Source: Candidatus Binatia bacterium
GTDB lineage: Bacteria > Desulfobacterota > Binatia > UBA9968 > CAXXLF01
Assembly: GCA_963664015.2 (NCBI GenBank)
Contig: CAXXLF010000001.1
Location: 1,056,001 to 1,120,000 of the forward strand
Length of the DNA: 64,000 nucleotides
Reading direction: 5' to 3'
The notes under the pieces are model-generated. The model saw only the letters and a program-made list of their open reading frames with translations, was not told the origin of the DNA and ran no database searches. Below, in pieces: positions 40,590 through 50,741 of the stretch. Positions within the stretch are counted from its first letter, which is position 1, and the number at the start of each line of letters is the position of its first letter. The position numbers and the translations under genes are program-made.

Positions 40590-41819
40590 TTAAAAGAACT
40601 CGTTGAACCACTCCACCATTCGATGACTTACTTTAGATAAGACGTTTTTATCACTTAGACGTACGAGTTTCCGATCCTGCCTATGCAGGCCGTATAGCAC
40701 CAAGCCAACCCCCGTCGAATAGGCTGGGCTGGAAACCACATCGATCAGCCCCCCCACCTGCGCTGGAACGCCTAACCGCACCGGTGAATTAAAGGTCTCC
40801 TCGGCCAGCTCAATCACACCGGAAAGCAGCGTCGACCCTCCGGTCATGACGATGCCGGAGAAGAGCGTATCCTCCAAACCGGACTTGAGAATCTCTCGCC
40901 GAATCAATTGGAAGATCTCTTCCAACCGGGGCTCAATAATTTCACAAAGGATACGGCGTGAGATGGATCGTGGGTTGCGGCCTCCCATGCTGGGCACTTC
41001 AACTTCCTCGTCTGCCGCTGCCATGGCCACTTTGGCATAACCGTATCTCTGTTTGATTCGCTCCGCTTCGGCAATGGGGGTCCTTAATCCAGCTGCGATA
41101 TCGTTGGTCAGGTGGTGCCCGCCGACTCCCAGGATTGCAGTGTGTTTGACCGCCCCATCATCAAACAAAACGATATCCGTGGTCCCTCCGCCGATATCGA
41201 CCAGAGCCACACCCAGTTCTCTCTCTTCCGGCGTCAAAACCGCTTCGGCGGAAGCCAAGGGTTCCAGCACGAACTCGGATACGTTGAGGCCGGTACGGTT
41301 GCAGCACTTGATGATGTTCTGAGCCGAGGTCAGGGCTCCAGTGACGATGTGGACCTTGGCCTCCAATCGTACCCCGGACATTCCCAAGGGCTCCCTGATC
41401 CCATCCTGATCGTCCACCACATATTCCTGCGGCAGGACGTGGAGGACCTCTCGATCCATGGGTATGGCTACGGCACGACCCGCGTCAATAACTCGGTCGA
41501 TGTCCCTTTTGGCGACTTCCTTGTTCTTGACAGCAACGACACCATGGCTGTTGAACCCTTTGATGTGACTCCCCGCAATGCCTGCAAAGACATGGTTGAT
41601 CTCACAACCGGCCATGATCTCACACTCCTCCACCGCCCGTTTGATGGAATTCACGGTGCTCTCAATATCAATGACCACACCTTTTCTGAGACCATGAGAC
41701 GGATGGGTTCCAACTCCGATAATTTCAACCCCGGATTCTCCCACCTCACCCACGATGGCGCAGACCTTATAAGTCCCAATATCCAAGCCGGCAATGAGAG
41801 TTTTCTTTCCCATAGACAT
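40590..41819 (-). CDS. ftsA: Cell division protein FtsA
   Basis: GLDIGT, GLRKGVV, DIGGGTTD. Confidence 0.97.
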   Translation of the reverse strand: MSMGKKTLIAGLDIGTYKVCAIVGEVGESGVEIIGVGTHPSHGLRKGVVIDIESTVNSIKRAVEECEIMAGCEINHVFAGIAGSHIKGFNSHGVVAVKNKEVAKRDIDRVIDAGRAVAIPMDREVLHVLPQEYVVDDQDGIREPLGMSGVRLEAKVHIVTGALTSAQNIIKCCNRTGLNVSEFVLEPLASAEAVLTPEERELGVALVDIGGGTTDIVLFDDGAVKHTAILGVGGHHLTNDIAAGLRTPIAEAERIKQRYGYAKVAMAAADEEVEVPSMGGRNPRSISRRILCEIIEPRLEEIFQLIRREILKSGLEDTLFSGIVMTGGSTLLSGVIELAEETFNSPVRLGVPAQVGGLIDVVSSPAYSTGVGLVLYGLHRQDRKLVRLSDKNVLSKVSHRMVEWFNEFF

Positions 41820-41884
41820 CTATTCCCACCTTTGGAGAGTCGCTATTTCCACAGGACGTTCACCCTATTGTGAATGACCGATGC

Positions 41885-42739
41885 CTAGTCTCCTTTCAAT
41901 TTCACCACGATCTGATTCCGGAAACTCATGTTCAAAGATGCAAGCCTTTTTTCTCGCCCTTTCCATTCGGCTAGTACTCGCTTGAGCCGCTGCACCTTCA
42001 CAGGCCAGTCCCCCCAACCCATATAGAGAGGAACCGGATGGGAAATGGGGTAGACAACGACACCTTCATGGGAGAGGAAACGGATCTCCGACAACGCAAC
42101 CGAATTGGCCGTCAACCGATCGTTCAATTTGATGGCCTCAACAATCTTTTGCCGGGCAAAGGGATTGTCAAATACCGACTCCTCATTTCCCAAACCCGTA
42201 ATGAATGGGAGGTTGGCCGCTTCCCCTGACTGAACCGTCTTAAATATATACCCCTCACGGTCAACATAATAAAGTTTTTCCAAAGCAACGATGGCCTTGG
42301 GGACCCACTCTTCCACCCGGATGAGGACCCGTTGAGGGAACTCTCGCCGCACCATCCCTTGTCGAATCCACGGATGACTGCTGAGCTTCATTTCGATGGA
42401 TCGGGGATCGATTTTCCAAATGTTCATTCCCGGCTTGAGTCCTGCTATGGAAACAATTTGACCTCTGCTCAGTCTTTGAGACCCGGTAACTCGAATCTCC
42501 CGCACTGAGAAATAAGAATACTCATCAAGGGCCTGTTGTAACTGGGCCATGACCCGCGTCCACGGGCTCCAATGTTCGACCCAGGGAGCCGCTCCGGCTA
42601 ATAATGCGACGCCACTTATGGACGCAAAAATTACAATTGCCGTCTTCCTCCATCGGTTGGGTTTGCGCCGTTTTTCCACGTTTGATTCGTCACCAGGTTT
42701 TGTTCTCTTTATACGGCCTCGTTTATCCCCAGAGTTCAC
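41885..42739 (-). CDS. ftsQ: Cell division protein FtsQ (start uncertain)
   Basis: TM followed by POTRA-like region; position between ddl and ftsA. Confidence 0.85.
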   Translation of the reverse strand: MNSGDKRGRIKRTKPGDESNVEKRRKPNRWRKTAIVIFASISGVALLAGAAPWVEHWSPWTRVMAQLQQALDEYSYFSVREIRVTGSQRLSRGQIVSIAGLKPGMNIWKIDPRSIEMKLSSHPWIRQGMVRREFPQRVLIRVEEWVPKAIVALEKLYYVDREGYIFKTVQSGEAANLPFITGLGNEESVFDNPFARQKIVEAIKLNDRLTANSVALSEIRFLSHEGVVVYPISHPVPLYMGWGDWPVKVQRLKRVLAEWKGREKRLASLNMSFRNQIVVKLKGD

Positions 42740-42746
42740 CCAGCTC

Positions 42747-43730
42747 TCAATTCGCCCGGGATTGCCCGATCGTGGTCTTGAGCCTGGCACCGTCAAGGAT
42801 TCGTTCCACCAAATCAGGGAAAGAGATGTCCTCGCCTCGCGCGATCTCGGGCAACAGGCTGATGGGTGTGAGCCCGGGCAACGAGTTCACCTCCAGCACA
42901 AAACATTTCCCCCGTGGCGTCACTCTCAAATCTACCCTCGGCGCCCCTTCGCATCCGAGGACATTGCTGGCCTGCTCGGCCAAACGCAGGGCTCCCCGAT
43001 ACACAGACCGGTCCAGATGAGCGGGGTAGATATGTTGGGCCAAGCCTGGTGTGTATTTGGTACGAAAATCGTAAAACCCCTTGTCCGGCTGGACCTCAAT
43101 AGCCCCCAGAGGTTTACCATTGAGTAGCCCAACGGCAATCTCTTTTCCCGGAATGTACTTTTCGACCAAGCATGTCGAATCAAATTTGAATGCCCTCTGC
43201 ATGGCCGGTGCCAATTCCTTTTTTCGCCGAACAATGGTGACGCCGAGAGTCGAACCCTCGCCTCTCGGTTTGACAACGACGGGCAAAGACAACCCTAGCC
43301 GTTTCATTTCGACTCCCTTACGGATTACCTTATAGGCCGGCGTGGGAATTCCCTTTCGTTCAAATAGTTCCTTGGCCAAGACCTTATCCATACTCAGAGC
43401 AGAGGCCGCGACTCCCGACCCCGTATAGGGGATGCCCAGAACTTCCAGTAGACCCTGAACACAGCCGTCCTCCCCAATCTTGCCATGCAACGCGTTAAAA
43501 ACAACTTTCACTCTATGTTGACGTAGCCGCATCGCTACATCTTGCTTCATCTCTATAGGGATCACCCGATACCCCTTTTGCCTCAACGCCTTGACCACCT
43601 CCTTGCCCGTTGCCTGGGAGATGGTGCGTTCCGCTGATAGCCCTCCCAGAAGCACTCCGATCAACCGATGACGGTAGTGTCCCTGCCTATTACCCGGCAC
43701 GGGTCTCAACCTGTCCCCCTGCTGCCCCAT
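42747..43730 (-). CDS. ddl: D-alanine-D-alanine ligase
   Basis: GGLSAER, LHGKIGEDG, EGST, LEVNSLPGLT. Confidence 0.95.
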   Translation of the reverse strand: MGQQGDRLRPVPGNRQGHYRHRLIGVLLGGLSAERTISQATGKEVVKALRQKGYRVIPIEMKQDVAMRLRQHRVKVVFNALHGKIGEDGCVQGLLEVLGIPYTGSGVAASALSMDKVLAKELFERKGIPTPAYKVIRKGVEMKRLGLSLPVVVKPRGEGSTLGVTIVRRKKELAPAMQRAFKFDSTCLVEKYIPGKEIAVGLLNGKPLGAIEVQPDKGFYDFRTKYTPGLAQHIYPAHLDRSVYRGALRLAEQASNVLGCEGAPRVDLRVTPRGKCFVLEVNSLPGLTPISLLPEIARGEDISFPDLVERILDGARLKTTIGQSRAN

Positions 43731-44676
43731 CGAGCCATTCGCCCACGAATTGGACCTCCGGTTCCAGCTGAACGCCGCACTTTTTCTTGACCTCCGCACC
43801 GGCGAGTTCCATCAATTTTTTTACATCCTCCGCACTAGCCCCGCCCAGATTGACGATAAAATTGGCATGCCGCTCGGAAATCTTTGCTTTCCCAACCTGG
43901 GTCCCCTTGAGGCAGGCCTGTTCGATCAACCTACCGGCGAATTCGCCCGGTGGATTTCGAAACATCGAACCCGAATTGGGGTAACCGGAGGGCTGACTGT
44001 TTTTTCTCCTCCGAGTCAGTTCGCGAACCTTGTGGGTGGCCTGTCGCCCTTCCCCCTTTTTGAGAAATAATTCCACTCGGGTGACTACGGTTTCCAAGGG
44101 CAGGCGCGTACGGCGATATGAGAATTTAAGCTCGTTTCGATCAAAGGCAACCGGCTGTCCCGTGGCCGTCACCCCTTCGACTCGGCTCACCACTTTCTCC
44201 ATTTCTGAACCATAGGCGCCGGCATTCATAACCAGTGCACCCCCTACGCTCCCCGGGATTCCCTCGGCGAATTCCAATCCGCAAAACCCCTTGGTGACGG
44301 CCAGTCGTACCAACCGTGCAACGGGAAATGCGGCGCCAATAATGATCCGCGCCTCATCCTGTGTTTCCTGCCATTGGATGTCCTTGAATCCCCCACCCAG
44401 AGATATCACGACACCCCGAATGCCTCGGTCGCTCACTACAACGTTGCTACCTCGTCCCAGCAGAAGAAATGCCACCCCATGATGTTTCAGCACAACCAAG
44501 ACTTGAGTAAGGACACTATCGTCTTGCACCTCGACAAAATAATCCGCCGGACCCCCCACACGAATCGATGTATGGCGCGCTAGGGGTTCCGCCATTTTGA
44601 ACTTCAAGCCGGCAATCGACCTTAGGGCTTCAGCCAAAAGGTCCTGCACCTGGTGTTTTTTCAACGCTGCATCCAT
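43690..44676 (-). CDS. murB: UDP-N-acetylmuramate dehydrogenase
   Basis: VGGPAD, GIPGSVGG..MNAGAYG, GSMFRNP, HANF. Confidence 0.96.
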   Translation of the reverse strand: MDAALKKHQVQDLLAEALRSIAGLKFKMAEPLARHTSIRVGGPADYFVEVQDDSVLTQVLVVLKHHGVAFLLLGRGSNVVVSDRGIRGVVISLGGGFKDIQWQETQDEARIIIGAAFPVARLVRLAVTKGFCGLEFAEGIPGSVGGALVMNAGAYGSEMEKVVSRVEGVTATGQPVAFDRNELKFSYRRTRLPLETVVTRVELFLKKGEGRQATHKVRELTRRRKNSQPSGYPNSGSMFRNPPGEFAGRLIEQACLKGTQVGKAKISERHANFIVNLGGASAEDVKKLMELAGAEVKKKCGVQLEPEVQFVGEWLDGAAGGQVETRAG

Positions 44677-46034
44677 TTCAACAGTTCTTCCCCTACTTTA
44701 TAGACATCCCCAGCTCCTAAGGTCAGAACCAAATCGCCCGCTTTCAGGTCTGGAACCAGCTGCATGGGGATCTGGCTTTTGTCTGGAATATAATGGATTT
44801 CCATATGCCCCCTGCGCTTCATTGCCCGATAGAGGCCTTCTGCATCAATCTCTGCGATGGGCTCCTCGCCTGCCCCGTAAATATCGGTGAGGATCAAACG
44901 GTCCACTCCATCAAAGGAGCAGATAAAGTCTTCGAAGAGATCCCGTGTGCGGGTGTAACGATGGAGCTGGAAGATCACGGTAAGAGGCCTACTCCAACTT
45001 TCGCGAATAGCGGTCAGGGTCGCCTGGATCTCGGCCGGATGATGCCCGTAGTCATCGATCACCGTGACTCCCCCGGCTTCGCCCTTGACTTCCATGCGGC
45101 GGTGAATCCCCATGAAGCCTTCCAAGGCCTCGACGGTTCGAGCAAAGGGCACATCCAATTCGGCACCGACGGCAACGGCAGCAAGAGCATTCATAGCATT
45201 GTGACGTCCCGGCATATGGAGCCTCATCTTACCTAAGAATTGCGAATGATGATAGACAGAAAATTCAATTTCCATGGCGCGAGGCTGAAAATCGCTTCCG
45301 TAAAAGTCGGCCTCCGTTGATAGCCCATAGGTCACGTGACGCTTATTCACCTTGGGCAGTAGGCTGCGCACCTGAGGGTCGTCTAAACAGAGGACAGCCA
45401 ACCCGTCGAAAGGGACCTTATTAATAAATTCGAGAAAGCTCTCCCGCAGACGATCCAACGTCTGAAAAAAATCCATATGCTCACGATCTATATTGGTGAC
45501 CAAAGCGATGGTGGGAGATAGATGCAAGAAGGTCCCATCGCTTTCGTCGGCTTCGGCGACCAAGAATCGCCCTTGTCCCAGCCTCGCGTTGCTCCCCAGG
45601 GAGTTGACCCGGCCCCCAATCACTAGGGTCGGATCCAGTCCGGCGGTTTCCAAGACTGCAGCGATCATGGAGGTGGTTGTGGTCTTGCCATGACTCCCTG
45701 CTACCGCAATGCCAATTTTCATCCGCATCAGCTCGGCGAGCATTTCGGCCCGTGGGATCACGGGGATGGCACGCTTGCGCGCTTCGATTACCTCGGGATT
45801 GAAGAATTTTACCGCTGAGGAGATCACGACCACCGAAGGATTGGATTCGAGATTACCCTCACCATGGCCGATGGAGACCCGGGCACCCAAGGATTGTAAC
45901 CTCCGTGTTGCCTCGCTCTCGATAAGATCAGAGCCGCTGACCTCATAACCCAAGTTCAATAGGACCTCCGCGATACCGCTCATACCAATACCGCCAATCC
46001 CGACAAAATGGACACGTTGCCTTTTTGCATGCAT
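44661..46034 (-). CDS. murC: UDP-N-acetylmuramate-L-alanine ligase
   Basis: GIGGIGMSG, GSHGKTTT, EADESD, DDYGHHP. Confidence 0.97.
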   Translation of the reverse strand: MHAKRQRVHFVGIGGIGMSGIAEVLLNLGYEVSGSDLIESEATRRLQSLGARVSIGHGEGNLESNPSVVVISSAVKFFNPEVIEARKRAIPVIPRAEMLAELMRMKIGIAVAGSHGKTTTTSMIAAVLETAGLDPTLVIGGRVNSLGSNARLGQGRFLVAEADESDGTFLHLSPTIALVTNIDREHMDFFQTLDRLRESFLEFINKVPFDGLAVLCLDDPQVRSLLPKVNKRHVTYGLSTEADFYGSDFQPRAMEIEFSVYHHSQFLGKMRLHMPGRHNAMNALAAVAVGAELDVPFARTVEALEGFMGIHRRMEVKGEAGGVTVIDDYGHHPAEIQATLTAIRESWSRPLTVIFQLHRYTRTRDLFEDFICSFDGVDRLILTDIYGAGEEPIAEIDAEGLYRAMKRRGHMEIHYIPDKSQIPMQLVPDLKAGDLVLTLGAGDVYKVGEELLKWMQR

Positions 46035-46058
46035 GGACTTAAACTCATCACCATTACG

Positions 46059-47129
46059 CTAAGCCTGCAAGAGGGCGTAACACTCATCAACAATCTTCTT
46101 GGCCGCTTCGGGCTTTCCCAGTTTCTTCGCTTCCCTACCCAGAGACTCCAGTCGATCACGGTCCCGTAGTAGGTCCCGAATCCTCTGGGCTAAGGCATAG
46201 CCGTTCAGGTCCCGGTCCAGAATCACCTCCGCGGCGCCACAATTTTCAAGGGCCTGGGCATTCAGCCTCTGGTGATCGTCAGCAGCGTAGGGATAAGGAA
46301 TTAGAACGGCGGCCTTACCAAAGGCTGCAATCTCGGCGATGGTCGATGCCCCTGCGCGGCAAACGACCAGGTCTGCCTGAGCATAGGCCCGGTCCATCTC
46401 ATCAATAAATGGACAGACCTCGACCTGAAATGGCAAGGAGGCGTAGGCTTCGGCCACCTTATCCAGGTCTGCCGCTCCCGTCTGATGGAGCACGTTCAGA
46501 TCCGGAGCCATATCGATTAACTCCTTCAATGCTTCCAGGACGCACAGGTTGATCCTGTGGGCCCCCGCGCTACCCCCGAACACAAGGAGAATGAGCTTGC
46601 CGTTCTTCTCTACAGGGGGAAGCCCCTGCCAGCGAACCGGCGTGCCAGTCTCCACCACATTGGAACGTAGAAAATAGGAAGCGCTTTCCCCGAAGGAAGT
46701 GAAGACCCGGTCTGCCACCCAGCCCAGAAATCGATTGGTAAGACCTGGCCGTAGATTTTGCTCCATGATCGCACATCGAATTCGCCTCAAGGTGCCGGCT
46801 AAAAGAAGCGGCGCCGATGCATACCCCCCCAGCCCGATGATACACTCGGGCCGAAAACGGGTGATGATTCCCATAGAACGAAAAAAGCTGACCGGCAGTC
46901 CATAGAGGGCTTCCAGCAAGCCTCGAACACCTCGCCCCTTGATGCCCTTGATAGGCACCGCTTCGAGGTCAAATCCCTCCCGTGGAAGGACGCGGTGCTC
47001 GAATCCTCGCTCACTACCGACGAAGAGTATTTTCGTGGCCGCGTCTCGCCTTTGGAACTCTCGAGCCACCGCCAGTCCGGGAAAAAGGTGCCCGCCGGTT
47101 CCTCCACCGGCCAGAATAAGCCGTATCAC
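46059..47129 (-). CDS. murG: MurG glycosyltransferase
   Basis: GGGTGGH, GGSAGA, RAGAST; GTG start overlaps the ftsW stop. Confidence 0.96.
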   Translation of the reverse strand: MIRLILAGGGTGGHLFPGLAVAREFQRRDAATKILFVGSERGFEHRVLPREGFDLEAVPIKGIKGRGVRGLLEALYGLPVSFFRSMGIITRFRPECIIGLGGYASAPLLLAGTLRRIRCAIMEQNLRPGLTNRFLGWVADRVFTSFGESASYFLRSNVVETGTPVRWQGLPPVEKNGKLILLVFGGSAGAHRINLCVLEALKELIDMAPDLNVLHQTGAADLDKVAEAYASLPFQVEVCPFIDEMDRAYAQADLVVCRAGASTIAEIAAFGKAAVLIPYPYAADDHQRLNAQALENCGAAEVILDRDLNGYALAQRIRDLLRDRDRLESLGREAKKLGKPEAAKKIVDECYALLQA

Positions 47130-48223
47130 CTCGCTCTCCTTCTCGATAGACCGAGCAGCACTCCCGCAGCGGCCAGGTTGATGACCATAGCCGAGCCCCC
47201 GTAACTGATAAACGGGAGGACCAGCCCTTTGATCGGCATGAGCCCCATGACCACTCCCATATGAACCAACGCCTGCAATCCGAAGAGTGCCGTCAAACCA
47301 AATGCGAGGTACTGAAAAAAGGGCTCGTCCAACTTTGTTGCCAGGTGCCAGCCGCGCCACAGAAGCAGGCCGAATAGCAATAAGACCAACAGGGCGCCCA
47401 ACAATCCTAGTTCTTCACCGATAACCGAATAAATAAAATCTGTATGAGCCTCGGGTAAATAGAAGAGTTTCTGCCGGCTTTGGCCTAACCCCCGCCCCCA
47501 TATGTGCCCCGATCCGAATGCGATGTATGACTGCACCATCTGGAACCCGCTGTCGCCAGCATCACCCCATGGATCGAGAAACGCCATCAGACGCCTGAGC
47601 CGGTAGTCGGTTTTGAGCACAAGGTATGCAAGTATGGGCACAGTGGCCAAACCCATGCCAGCAAGGTAGCGCAGCTTGGTCCCCGAAATGAAAAGGAGGA
47701 GGACTATCAATCCGCCGAGGATGGCAGCCCCCCCCAAGTCAGGCTCTAACAGGACCAGTCCCATGACGACCCCACCAACAATCAAGTAGGGCAACACGGA
47801 AACGGCAAAACCCTGGCCCTTGCCTTCCTTTTTAGCCAATGAGGAGGCCAGGTAAAAAACCAACGCAAGTTTAGCGAACTCGGCCGGCTGAAAGACAAAC
47901 GGACCCAGTGGAAGCCATCGCCTGGACCCGCCACGCAAAAGGCCAACATCGGGTATCAACACAAAAACCAACATGACGAGCGTAAGGCCTAGTAACGGAT
48001 AGGCCATGCACCGGTATTTTTCCGGCGGCATTAACGCCAAGGTAAAAAGGCACACCAGACCTATGGCAACGGCGGTCAATTGCTTTCGAAACAGATAGGT
48101 ACCGTCGAGGTAGCGTTCTTGAGAGTAGAGGTAGCTCGTACTCAGCACCATGGTGACCCCGATGCTCAACAGGGCAATGATGGCAAAAAATAGCCAGCGA
48201 TCGGCCCCTGTAGATTGCCTCAT
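47126..48223 (-). CDS. ftsW: SEDS protein FtsW
   Basis: RRW, FQPAEFAK, EPDLG, LPEAHTDFI, ISYGGS. Confidence 0.96.
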   Translation of the reverse strand: MRQSTGADRWLFFAIIALLSIGVTMVLSTSYLYSQERYLDGTYLFRKQLTAVAIGLVCLFTLALMPPEKYRCMAYPLLGLTLVMLVFVLIPDVGLLRGGSRRWLPLGPFVFQPAEFAKLALVFYLASSLAKKEGKGQGFAVSVLPYLIVGGVVMGLVLLEPDLGGAAILGGLIVLLLFISGTKLRYLAGMGLATVPILAYLVLKTDYRLRRLMAFLDPWGDAGDSGFQMVQSYIAFGSGHIWGRGLGQSRQKLFYLPEAHTDFIYSVIGEELGLLGALLVLLLFGLLLWRGWHLATKLDEPFFQYLAFGLTALFGLQALVHMGVVMGLMPIKGLVLPFISYGGSAMVINLAAAGVLLGLSRRRAR

Positions 48224-49554
48224 AGCTCTTGCACCAAGGCCTTGAAGGCCTTCCCTCTTTTCGCATAATCTTGAAACATGTCGAAACTCGAGCAGGCCGG
48301 GGAAAGCAGCACGACGTCTCCAGAAACAGCGTTTTTGTGTGCCTCCTGTACGGCACCCTCCAGGTTCTCGACAAGGACTGTTTCCGTACAATGCCCTACC
48401 GCTTTTTGAATGATTTCTTTCGCCGCCCCAAATAGAATGAGCTTTTTCACTTTCGCCTTCACTTCATCCTGCAAGACACCGTAATCTCCTCCCTTATCCA
48501 CACCCCCGCACAAGAGGACAACGGGAGAGGTGAAACTGGCCAAAGCCTTTAGCACAGCACCCACATTGGTCCCTTTGGAATCATTGTAAAAACGGACTCC
48601 GTCTTTTTCGCGCACGAACTCATGACGATGCTCAAGTCCAGGGAACGACTCTATGACCTTTTGGATTACCTCCGGTGCCACACCGACGGACTTTGCTACG
48701 GCTACAGCGGCCATCAGATTCTCCACGTTGTGAACGCCCTGGATGCGCATCGTGGACATGGGGAAGCGATCCTCCCCTTCTTGACCTCTCCAGACAAGAT
48801 GACTTGAGGTAGCAAAAACTCCGTGCTCCACCGGGTCCCAGCCAAAAGAGACCACTCGGGCCCTAATCTGTTCCCTCCACGACCACACCAAGGGGTCCGC
48901 TCGATTCAAGATAGCTACATCCTGCTGGGTCTGTCGGGAGAAGAGCCTTTTTTTGACTTCTGCGTAGGAATTAAAGTTTTCATAACGGTCCAGATGATCT
49001 TCGCTCAGGTTGAGAAGCACGCCAATTCTGGGGCGGAACAATTCTACCCATTCCAGCTGAAAGCTGCTTATTTCCGCGACTCCCCAATCCCAATCCTCGG
49101 AAACGAAAGCGATCAAGGGAAACCCGATGTTTCCTCCCACAAAGGTTCGGATTCCCGCGGCGGTGAGCATTTCCCCGATCAACGAGCTAGTCGTCGTCTT
49201 CCCATTGGTCCCGGTTATGGCCACTAGCGGGACCCGGAGAAAACGGTAGGCCAGTTCAATTTCGCTCAGAATCTCGATCCCGTTTTTCCGTGCCTGCTGG
49301 AGCAGAGGATTGTCCACAGGAACCCCGGGACTGGGAACGATGGCATCCATCCCCTCAACCCAACGGGTGTCGTTCCCGCCCAGCAGGTAGCGAACTGGAA
49401 TCCCTGCCAGGGATGCTACTTCCGTAAGCAATGCCTCTCTCCCTCGACTGTCACTTGCTATGACCTCCGCCCCTTGGTCCGATAGAAACCGAGCGGTCGC
49501 ACAGCCTGTGCGAGCCATCCCCAGTACCATCACCTTTTTCCCTCTGAGGTCCAT
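48220..49554 (-). CDS. murD: MurD ligase
   Basis: ITGTNGKTTT, EISSFQL, NDSKGTN, SPACSSFD. Confidence 0.96.
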   Translation of the reverse strand: MDLRGKKVMVLGMARTGCATARFLSDQGAEVIASDSRGREALLTEVASLAGIPVRYLLGGNDTRWVEGMDAIVPSPGVPVDNPLLQQARKNGIEILSEIELAYRFLRVPLVAITGTNGKTTTSSLIGEMLTAAGIRTFVGGNIGFPLIAFVSEDWDWGVAEISSFQLEWVELFRPRIGVLLNLSEDHLDRYENFNSYAEVKKRLFSRQTQQDVAILNRADPLVWSWREQIRARVVSFGWDPVEHGVFATSSHLVWRGQEGEDRFPMSTMRIQGVHNVENLMAAVAVAKSVGVAPEVIQKVIESFPGLEHRHEFVREKDGVRFYNDSKGTNVGAVLKALASFTSPVVLLCGGVDKGGDYGVLQDEVKAKVKKLILFGAAKEIIQKAVGHCTETVLVENLEGAVQEAHKNAVSGDVVLLSPACSSFDMFQDYAKRGKAFKALVQEL

Positions 49555-49661
49555 AGCCAATTTTCGTTTCCCCTTGGCCGCCCGAGACCTTTCCCACCGG
49601 TTCGACCGATTTCCTCGAATCCGACTGTCTTCAGCCAACGAACTGGTGCGGTATCGACTCC

Positions 49662-50738
49662 TCATCTTAGCTTCAGTGTACTCAGCGCCATCAGGGCGCA
49701 GATGATCGAGATAATCCAAAACCTAACGATGATCTGGGGCTCGGGCCATCCTTTGAGTTCATAATGGTGGTGAATCGGCGCCATGAGAAAGACTCGTTTG
49801 CCCCGTAGCCGGTAGGAAACGACCTGACAGATCACCGAGAGGGCCTCCACCACGAAAACTCCGCCAACAATGACCAGAAGGATCTCATTCTTGCTCATCA
49901 CCGCCACGGTGCCGAGAGCGGCCCCAAGAGCCAGAGAACCGACATCGCCCATGAACATCTGTGCCGGGTAGGTATTGAACCAAAGGAAGCCCAGGCCAGA
50001 GGCCACTATAGCGGCACAAAAAACGGTGAGCTCTCCCACTTGCCCCACATAAGGGATCTGGAGATATTCGGCAAATTCCTTGTGTCCCGTAACGTAGGAA
50101 ATAACCGCGTAGGTAGCTGCGGCTACCATCACAGGCCCGATGGCCAACCCGTCCAAACCATCGGTTAAATTGACAGCATTAGAGGAACCTACAATCACCA
50201 ATACAGCAAACGGGATATAGGCAATGCCGAGATCGGGACGAAGGGTTTTAAAAAATGGAATCCCCAGGACTCCACTGAATGAAGAATCCATGTAAAGAAC
50301 GGTTACGGCACAACCGGCCACGAGCACTTGGCTGAGCAATTTGGCCTTCATGGAAAGCCCTTTACTGCTTTTTCGTTTGAGCTTCAGGGCATCATCAATA
50401 AAACCGATCACACCAAACCCAAGGGTTATCACGAGGGCGAGCAGCACATAAAGGTTCCTGATATCGGCGAGAAGGAAGGTGGAAAGACACAACGCCAGAA
50501 TAATTAACGTTCCCCCCATGGTCGGCGTGCCCGCTTTCACCGAGTGGCTTGCGGGCCCATCGGTGCGAATCGGTTGCCCGATCTGCTTCGCAGTGAGGGA
50601 TCGGATAAGAAAAGGGCCAACGATCAACGAGGCCAACAACGCCATGAGCGCCGCCAGGGCCGCTCGAAAGGTTATATAGCGGAACACGTTTAAAACCGAA
50701 TAGTCCGTGTGAAGAGGATAAAGTAAGTAGTATAGCAA
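49662..50738 (-). CDS. mraY: Phospho-MurNAc-pentapeptide transferase
   Basis: [33 protein letters not shown]. Confidence 0.97.
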   Translation of the reverse strand: MLYYLLYPLHTDYSVLNVFRYITFRAALAALMALLASLIVGPFLIRSLTAKQIGQPIRTDGPASHSVKAGTPTMGGTLIILALCLSTFLLADIRNLYVLLALVITLGFGVIGFIDDALKLKRKSSKGLSMKAKLLSQVLVAGCAVTVLYMDSSFSGVLGIPFFKTLRPDLGIAYIPFAVLVIVGSSNAVNLTDGLDGLAIGPVMVAAATYAVISYVTGHKEFAEYLQIPYVGQVGELTVFCAAIVASGLGFLWFNTYPAQMFMGDVGSLALGAALGTVAVMSKNEILLVIVGGVFVVEALSVICQVVSYRLRGKRVFLMAPIHHHYELKGWPEPQIIVRFWIISIICALMALSTLKLR

Positions 50739-50741
50739 CGT